Below, in pieces: positions 6,726 through 12,755 of a stretch of DNA of 12,755 nt (within the stretch, counting starts at the first letter, position 1; each line of letters starts with the position of its first letter). The stretch is from Archangiaceae bacterium. Its GTDB lineage: Bacteria > Myxococcota > Myxococcia > Myxococcales > Myxococcaceae. The DNA lies in NCBI GenBank assembly GCA_043750125.1, contig JAYVCD010000207.1, positions 1 through 12,755 of the forward strand, in the 5' to 3' direction. Under the pieces are notes generated by a model. The model worked only from the letters and a program-made list of their open reading frames with translations, made no database searches and had not been told where the DNA came from. Both the position numbers and the translations under genes were made by a program.

Positions 6726-8735
6726 TCAGTACGCGACCAGCTCGCCCAACTTCGAGAAGTCGGGCGCGGGGCCAAAGGCGGAAAACTTCCCACTGCTGTA
6801 GAGCCGAACTCCGTTCTGATCGAAGAACGTCTCGTTGATCGTCGGCCCGTTCACCTCGACCATCATGAAGCCGTACTTCGACTGGGCGTACGGGCCTTCG
6901 CACCCGCGCAGAGGGTACAGCCCGGCGCCGCCTCCGCCCGAGACGATGTAGTGCACCCGGTTGATCTGCTTCCAGACGATCAGCGCGTGATCGTGCCCGG
7001 TGTAGTTGCTGGTGAGGTGGTTCGTCTCGAACATCGCCTGGTAGGTCGACTGCAGCGACGTCGAGCTGCCATGGCTGCCGCACGAGTACAGCGGGTGGTG
7101 CTGGAACGCGAACAGCGGCCCCCCCTTCAACTTGTCCAGCGCCGTCGAGACCCACGACGTCATCGCGCTGCTCGAGCCGTTGGTGTTGATCGCGACAAAC
7201 CCGGCGTTGCCGTACACGAAGGCGTAATAGAGATCCGAGCTCGACGACGACTGCGGAGCCAGGTTGTAGACGCTGTAGTTCGAGCCCGTGTCGTGGTTCC
7301 CCTGCGCGGCGAAGACCGGCACGTTGGCAAACAGCTCTTCCGCGCTCGAGTAGTAGTTCGCCCAGCTTTCGGCCGAGCCCCACGAGTCATTGTTGTCGCC
7401 GGTTTGAATGATGAACCTCGGATTCTTGGCGAGCACCGAGGACGCCACGTTCTTCCACACCTCGTGCGCACGTGCGTCGCCGACCACTGCGAAGGAAAAC
7501 GGCCTGGGAGCTGCGGCGAAGTCGATCGCCGTCGTGAAGGTCCCGCTCGACGACGCGCTCCCCGCCCGCACCGCGTAGAAGTACCGGGTGTCTGCCGTCA
7601 GATTTGTCAGGGCAATCGCGTGCCGGGTCACCGCTTGCGGCTCGCTGATCGTGTGTTCCGCAGTCGACCCTGTTCCAAAGTCGACCGAGGCCATCACCGG
7701 GACATCGGTGAGAAAGAACACCACGATGCTCGACCGGGTGACCGCATGCAGCGAGACGACCTTGGTGAAATGGGTGGGCGTCACCGCGCCGGTGTTCACC
7801 ACCACGTTCACCAGCGACGGCGCCGACTCGAGCCCCTTCGCATCGGTGACCACCAGCGAAAAGCCGAGCGTGACCGCGGCTTCGGGCGTGGGCGCCTTGA
7901 ACTTCGGCGCAGCCACCCTGTTGCTCGAAAGAGAAACCGGAGCGCCCACGGTCTGCGTCCACTTGTACCCGGCGATGTCGTCACCGTCGGGGTCGATGCC
8001 TGAGCCCGAAAGGCTGACGATCGCGGTCGCCGACGCGTTTTGATTCAGGCCGGCATTCGCAACCGGAGGTCGGTTGCTGGTCATCGCCTGTACCGTGACG
8101 GGTCTTTCGACGTACGAGCGCCCTCCCTTCCCGTCGCTGACCGTCAGGGTGAAAGCAACGACGGTGTCGTGGGTGACGATCGGAGCGACGAACAGCGCCC
8201 TGGCCTGGTCCGAATTCGTCAGCGTCACCGACGGAAGAAGCGCCCGAGGGCGGGTCTGGGTCCACGCAAAGCTCATCGAGTCCCCGTCGGCATCGTTGGA
8301 CCCCGAGCCGTCGAGCTCGACCATCGACCCCGACTGCACCGTGGCCGGCGCGGCGATTCGAGCGATCGGAGCCTGGTTGTTCGGATCTGCCACGTTGAGC
8401 GTCACGCTCGTCGAAGCCTTGTTGCTCAGGCGCCCGTCGCTGACGCTCAGTTGAAACACCAGCGTCTTCGCGCCCGTGACCTTCGGAGAATCGAATTGGG
8501 CAACCGGGGTCGAGGCGTCCTGCAGAACGACCGGTTCTCCGGCGGTCTGGGTCCAGGAATAGGTGAGCAGATCTCCTTCGGGGTCGCTCGACGACGAGCC
8601 GTTGAGAATGACCGGGTGCCCGCCGAATACCGACTGGTCCGGGCCCGCGATCGCCCCTGGGGTCCGGTTCTCGACGATTGCTTTGGGCACACAGGCTGCC
8701 GCGAGGACTCCGAGGCAGAACATCCAATTTCGCAT
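6726..8735 (-). CDS. Lipoprotein with 3 PKD/K319L-like Ig repeats, FN3-like domain and calcineurin-like metallophosphoesterase (PAP-like architecture, ~669 aa)
   Basis: ATG 8735: MRNWMFCLGVLAAA-C15. Three ~95-aa repeats (NxxPxAxxx...LxGSxSxDxxGD..xWTQT..FxLxVxD) at ~8669-7797 and an FN3-like segment (H.I.LT.L..DTRYFY.V). Phosphoesterase motifs VGD (7476-7484), TGDNND, GNHD (7290-7301), HHP (7092-7100), GHDH (6987-6998) and YIVSGGGG. Confidence 0.9.
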   Translation of the reverse strand: MRNWMFCLGVLAAACVPKAIVENRTPGAIAGPDQSVFGGHPVILNGSSSSDPEGDLLTYSWTQTAGEPVVLQDASTPVAQFDSPKVTGAKTLVFQLSVSDGRLSNKASTSVTLNVADPNNQAPIARIAAPATVQSGSMVELDGSGSNDADGDSMSFAWTQTRPRALLPSVTLTNSDQARALFVAPIVTHDTVVAFTLTVSDGKGGRSYVERPVTVQAMTSNRPPVANAGLNQNASATAIVSLSGSGIDPDGDDIAGYKWTQTVGAPVSLSSNRVAAPKFKAPTPEAAVTLGFSLVVTDAKGLESAPSLVNVVVNTGAVTPTHFTKVVSLHAVTRSSIVVFFLTDVPVMASVDFGTGSTAEHTISEPQAVTRHAIALTNLTADTRYFYAVRAGSASSSGTFTTAIDFAAAPRPFSFAVVGDARAHEVWKNVASSVLAKNPRFIIQTGDNNDSWGSAESWANYYSSAEELFANVPVFAAQGNHDTGSNYSVYNLAPQSSSSSDLYYAFVYGNAGFVAINTNGSSSAMTSWVSTALDKLKGGPLFAFQHHPLYSCGSHGSSTSLQSTYQAMFETNHLTSNYTGHDHALIVWKQINRVHYIVSGGGGAGLYPLRGCEGPYAQSKYGFMMVEVNGPTINETFFDQNGVRLYSSGKFSAFGPAPDFSKLGELVAY

Positions 8736-8741
8736 GCGCCG

Positions 8742-8750
8742 AAGGTAGCA
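8742..8750 (-). promoter_or_regulatory. Candidate extended -10 element for leaderless transcription of the phosphatase gene
   Basis: The minus strand reads TGC-TACCTT-N6-ATG (TGn-TAnnnT) with no SD sequence before ATG 8735. Confidence 0.4.
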
Positions 8751-8901
8751 AACGATGCGCCACAATCCGTGGATGGTACGCGGCCGAGAAAGAGTGTGAC
8801 GTTCTTGTCCAGCGGTCCCAAAATGCCACCGACATGAAACAAGCGGCACACGCGGTCGGCGGGCGCAGATGTCAGATGTTGCTGAGTCCGTGCGATTCGA
8901 C

Positions 8902-11900
8902 ATGACGGCCTTCCCCTATACCGCGCTGCTCGCCCTGGTGGTGTTCCTGCCGATGCGGGCCCACGCGGGAAAGGGCGAGCTGCCGACGGGCGACTTCACT
9001 TTGATTTTCGTCGGCGGCGCGGCGGGTGACGATGGCTCGGCAACCCTGGGGCGCCTGCGGCAACGGCTGAGCACCCTGGATCCCCTCCACGGACGGGTGG
9101 TCTTTACGGGCAACTACAGCCGCGGAGAGCTGCCGGCGGAAGAAGAGCCAGGCCGCGCCGAGGCGGAACGGCAGATCCTCGTCCACGTGGCAGCCACCCG
9201 GGACTTCGTGCAGCGCGGCGGCAAGGTGGTCTTCCTTCCCGGGCACCTCGACTTCGCCAGCGGAGGATCCAGGGCCATTCGACGCCTGCGCACTTTCCTC
9301 AACCACGCGTTCGGGCCGCAAATCGACGTCATGCCGGAAGCAGCCTGTGGCGACTCGACCGTGCTCGAGCTCACCGACACCCTGGGCCTGCTGCTCGTCA
9401 ACTCTCAGTGGTGGATGCAAGACCGAGAGGCCGACCCCGAGGCCAACCTGGGCTGCGAGGTGAAGTCGACCGAAGAGTTTCGACTTCACGTGCGCGATGC
9501 ATTCAACGAGTACCGCACCCGGCGCCTGGTGGTTGCGTCCCATCACCCGCTTCGCAGCTATGGCGAGCTGGGGGGCGGCTTTACGGTCCAGGCGCACCTG
9601 CAGCCCGCACCGGTTCTCGGGACCGCGGTGGTTCTGGCCGCCCACGCCGGGCTGCTGTCCCAATACTCAAGTCACCCCCGGGTGAGCTCTTACGTCGCGC
9701 TGATGAAGGAAGAAGCGGTCCGGTACGGCACCTTCGTCTTCGCGTCTGGACACGATTCCAATCTTCAGTTCGTCGCAGCAGGCGGACAGATCCAGATCAT
9801 TTCCGGCACCTCGTCGGCATCGCCGCGGCCCACCGCCCCGGCCGACGAAGGCGACTTTGCCGCGGGCGCGTCGGGGTGGGCCGAGCTGACGATCGGACCC
9901 TCGGGCGGAGGCACCACGAAGTTCTTCTCGGGCGCAAATGGACAGCTGCTCTTCGAGGGCGTCATTCCTCCGCTCGAGCCCTTCGCGGCGTCATTGCCAG
10001 CCGAGCCCAGGCCCTTCCCTTCCCCGCCGGTGATTACGACCTACTCGAAATCAGGGGGCCAGAAGATGGGCGGGCTGGCCAAGTTTTTCCTCGGCTCGTT
10101 CTACGGCGATGCCTACGCGCTTCAGCTTCCGTACGACCTTCTCGACCTCACCACCGAGCAGGGGGGCCTCGAGCCGATCAGGACCGGCGGCAGCTTTCAG
10201 ACCAACGCGCTTCGGCTGCGCGATTCTCACGGGGGTTCGTGGACTGTGCGGGCCACCACCAAAGATTCCAGCCGGCTCCTGGGAGCCAGGCAGAAAGAAG
10301 GCAGCGCGGCGGGGGGCACGGTCAGTCACGCCTTCACCGGAACGCACCCGGAAGCCGCGCTCGCGGTGCCGAGGCTGGCCACGGCCGTCGGCGTGCTCCA
10401 CGCCGAACCCCGGCTGATGTACCTGCCCGATCAAACCGGACTTGGAAAATTTCGCGGCTACATCAGCGACGAGCCCGTGATGCTCGAACGAAGCCCTTCC
10501 GAGCCCAAAGACGGAGTCCTTCCCGAAAGCCTCGCCGGACAGCCCACCGATGAAGGCGAGACGCGCTTTCGCACCACGGTCGAAACGATCGAAAAGGTAA
10601 ATGACAACCCGGCGAAGCACCGGGTGGACCAGGAAGCCTGGCTGCGCGCCCGGCTGCTCGACATCTTGCTGGGCGACTGGGACCGTCATCAAAATCAGTG
10701 GCGGTTCGCGGCCATTCCCCAGGCCGACGGCTCGAAGAAGTATGAGCCCATTCCCCGAGATCGCGACCAGGCGTTTGCCAATTACGACGGCCTGGGGCTG
10801 GGTCTGGCCCGCCTGTCCGCCCTGCAGACCCGCCGGCTTCAGCCCTACACCGGCGAGATGGGCTCGCTGGTCTGGTTGATCTACGCCGCGCGCGACCTTG
10901 ACCCGATCTTCTTGAACCAGCTGTCACGCGCGCGCTGGTTGGAAATCGCCACCGAAGTGAAGGACGCGCTCACCGACACCGTGATCGACGAGGCGTTCTC
11001 GACCTGGCACCCCGAGGCCTACGCGCTCGATGGTTCGAGAATCGCCGCCGCCCTCAAGGTCCGCCGAGACACGCTGGTCAACGTCGCCGGTGAATACTTC
11101 AAGCTGATCAACCAGAACGTCGACGTGGTGGGCTCGACCCACGACGACACCTTCGAGCTCTGGTTTCTGGAACACGGCGCGGTGCGGGTCTCGGTTCGCG
11201 CCCGTGAGGGCCGAGCGGTCTGGTTCGACCGGGTCTTCCAGGCTGCGCAAACCCGGGAACTGCGCCTCTACGGCCTTCAGGGCGACGACACGCTCTGGGT
11301 TCACGGAACGCCGCACTCCGAGATCGCCATTCGGTTCGTCGGGGGGGAAGGCAACGACCAGGTCACCGCCAGGCCCGAGGCGAAGGTTCTTCGCGCGACG
11401 GCGATTCACCTGTACGACGGTGAGGACGGCGCGCAGGTCGACCCTTCGATCGAGGTCAGCGACGAACGATCGCGCCGGGCCTGCCTCAACCAGTACGATC
11501 GAACTGAGAACCACGAGCCGAACGCCGCCACCTTCATCCCGGGCGTGCTGATCGACCCGGACGATGGGGTGCTGGTGGGCGCCAACGCCACCTACCTGGT
11601 CCAGGGGTTCAAGAAGACGCCCTTCGCGGCGCGCCACGAATTCGTCGCCCGCTTTGCCACCGCGACCCTGGGCGCTGCGGTCGATTATCGCGGGCTGTTT
11701 CCTCAAAGCACCCAACTGCTGGATCAGGAGATCAGCCTTTCGATCCGGGCCCCCACCTGGACCCGAAACTTCTTTGGGTATTCCAACGCGTTCGTCGGTG
11801 ACGGCGAGCCGCTGGACTTCTATCGGGTGCGGCAGGCGGCGTACGAGGCGCGCGCCGGACTCAGCTATGGCTTTGGGGGCGACCGAAGCCGGGTCGGTGC

Positions 11901-12564
11901 CCAGGTGTTGGGTCAGGCATTCGTCACCGAGGCAACCCCCGGAAGATTCGTCGCTCGTTCCTCCGATGTGGCGGCGGACGCACTGGGGGCCCGCGGCTTC
12001 GTCGGCGCAAGGCTGTTTGCCTCTTTCAAGACCTTCGACAACCTCGCCCTGCCGACCCGGGGAATCTCGGTGTCCGCGTCGGTCGAAAGTCGCCTCGATG
12101 CCTTGAACGGCAACGCGCTCTCGGCGAATGGCAAAGTCACAGCGGGCGTGGCGCTTCCCCTCGACCGCGCGCGCCGTTTCGTCCTGCTGTCCCGCGTGGC
12201 GCTCGAAGGAATCATCGGAGCACACCCCTTCTACTTTTCGCCCACCCTGGGCGACACCGAGCTGCGCGCGTACCACCCCCAACAGCTCACGGGCGACGCG
12301 GCCTTTTCTCAGACCAGCGACCTGCGCATCGACGTCGTTCGCCTGGGTTCGGCAGGGGCAATCGGCGTCAACCTGTCGGTCGACCACGGGCGCGCCTTCG
12401 GGCCGTCGATTCGCGGCAACCTCTGGCATTTGAGCTTCGGCGGAGGACTGTGGTGGTCGGTGATGGACACGCTGGTCTTCTCGGCCGGCTATTACCGAGG
12501 CCTCGACGGCGGGTCTCGCTTCACCGTGCTGCTCGGGCCCTTGTTCGCGCCCAGCGCAATGTGA
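8902..12564 (+). CDS. Omp85 (BamA/TamA-family barrel) protein with N-terminal degenerate metallophosphoesterase and central kinase-like domain (~1220 aa)
   Basis: Signal peptide MTAFPYTALLALVVFLPMRAHA. Metallophosphoesterase-fold region ~8995-9960 (LLVNSQWW, SHHPL.SYG..GG, FASGHD). Central region with GGSFQT.ALRL, LLGDWDRHQNQW and PIPRDRDQAF. C-terminal barrel ~11530-12550 (DPDDGVLVG, DNLALPTRG, LG...LRAY, VDHGR, SFGGGLW). Resembles the metallophosphoesterase-Omp85 architecture known mainly from Bacteroidetes. Confidence 0.88.
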   Translation: MTAFPYTALLALVVFLPMRAHAGKGELPTGDFTLIFVGGAAGDDGSATLGRLRQRLSTLDPLHGRVVFTGNYSRGELPAEEEPGRAEAERQILVHVAATRDFVQRGGKVVFLPGHLDFASGGSRAIRRLRTFLNHAFGPQIDVMPEAACGDSTVLELTDTLGLLLVNSQWWMQDREADPEANLGCEVKSTEEFRLHVRDAFNEYRTRRLVVASHHPLRSYGELGGGFTVQAHLQPAPVLGTAVVLAAHAGLLSQYSSHPRVSSYVALMKEEAVRYGTFVFASGHDSNLQFVAAGGQIQIISGTSSASPRPTAPADEGDFAAGASGWAELTIGPSGGGTTKFFSGANGQLLFEGVIPPLEPFAASLPAEPRPFPSPPVITTYSKSGGQKMGGLAKFFLGSFYGDAYALQLPYDLLDLTTEQGGLEPIRTGGSFQTNALRLRDSHGGSWTVRATTKDSSRLLGARQKEGSAAGGTVSHAFTGTHPEAALAVPRLATAVGVLHAEPRLMYLPDQTGLGKFRGYISDEPVMLERSPSEPKDGVLPESLAGQPTDEGETRFRTTVETIEKVNDNPAKHRVDQEAWLRARLLDILLGDWDRHQNQWRFAAIPQADGSKKYEPIPRDRDQAFANYDGLGLGLARLSALQTRRLQPYTGEMGSLVWLIYAARDLDPIFLNQLSRARWLEIATEVKDALTDTVIDEAFSTWHPEAYALDGSRIAAALKVRRDTLVNVAGEYFKLINQNVDVVGSTHDDTFELWFLEHGAVRVSVRAREGRAVWFDRVFQAAQTRELRLYGLQGDDTLWVHGTPHSEIAIRFVGGEGNDQVTARPEAKVLRATAIHLYDGEDGAQVDPSIEVSDERSRRACLNQYDRTENHEPNAATFIPGVLIDPDDGVLVGANATYLVQGFKKTPFAARHEFVARFATATLGAAVDYRGLFPQSTQLLDQEISLSIRAPTWTRNFFGYSNAFVGDGEPLDFYRVRQAAYEARAGLSYGFGGDRSRVGAQVLGQAFVTEATPGRFVARSSDVAADALGARGFVGARLFASFKTFDNLALPTRGISVSASVESRLDALNGNALSANGKVTAGVALPLDRARRFVLLSRVALEGIIGAHPFYFSPTLGDTELRAYHPQQLTGDAAFSQTSDLRIDVVRLGSAGAIGVNLSVDHGRAFGPSIRGNLWHLSFGGGLWWSVMDTLVFSAGYYRGLDGGSRFTVLLGPLFAPSAM

Positions 12565-12642
12565 CGTTCTGCGGTGACGGCCTCGTCACGCGGGTGTGAC
12601 TTATAGAAACCCAGTCGGCCAGTATCTGCTTTGCCGGCCAAT

Positions 12643-12669
12643 AGCACCGGCCCGTGAACGGGTCGGGCT
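12643..12669. terminator. GC-rich hairpin downstream of the Omp85 gene (possible terminator or RNA-stabilising stem)
   Basis: CCGGCCCG (12647-12654), TGAA loop, CGGGTCGG (12659-12666, one G-U pair), extendable via AGC/GCT. There is no clear U-tract on either strand. Confidence 0.3.
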
Positions 12670-12755
12670 CTCATCCTGATCAAGCAGCGACTCGGACATC
12701 GTGGCGAAGTGGCTCGAGCGTGAGTTGAATTGCGCGATCCCAACGATCGCTGAGC

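Noticed and set aside
8790-8880. Pho box in the divergent intergenic region
   Set aside because: TGTCA-like words occur but not as a convincing 11-bp-period tandem repeat.
1741-12429. Long antisense/alternate-frame ORFs (1741..3159-, 3710..4501-, 4908..6044-, 6951..8003+, 10924..12429- and others)
   Set aside because: They mirror well-supported genes, lack motifs, and are expected from stop-codon scarcity in high-GC coding DNA.
12492-12743. 83-aa minus-strand ORF at the window end
   Set aside because: No motif or SD, it overlaps the Omp85 3' end, and it runs through hairpin-containing intergenic DNA.

Overview
GC-rich bacterial DNA, probably Myxococcota. That assignment is an inference from the Asp-Ala-Gly linker repeats, the lipoprotein density and the gene families present. 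The window opens on one terminus of an IS21-family insertion sequence (1-76), which abuts a 15-bp perfect inverted repeat. Nine probable CDSs and one gene remnant follow, most encoding envelope proteins. In order: a conserved lipoprotein; a 65-aa Cys-symmetric mini-lipoprotein not listed separately in the ORF track; a SEC-C/helical/coiled-coil protein ending in a RelE/ParE-like domain; a double zf-TFIIB-like Zn-ribbon protein; a spermidine-synthase-like SAM-binding protein (-); an orphan C-terminal fragment of a di-heme cytochrome c peroxidase-like gene; a cytochrome c + PHM/DBH-type copper monooxygenase lipoprotein translationally coupled to a small beta-barrel OMP; and a divergent pair. That pair is a 3x PKD-like/FN3/metallophosphoesterase lipoprotein (-) with intact metal motifs, and a ~1220-aa Omp85-family protein (+). 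The Omp85 passenger carries a metallophosphoesterase with degenerate metal ligands, an atypical kinase-like domain and RTX-like motifs. The most interesting candidates are the active-phosphatase / pseudophosphatase-kinase-Omp85 pair, the antitoxin-less RelE fusion, and the cytochrome-fused copper monooxygenase + OMP operon. All family calls come from motif recognition by eye; no searches were run.
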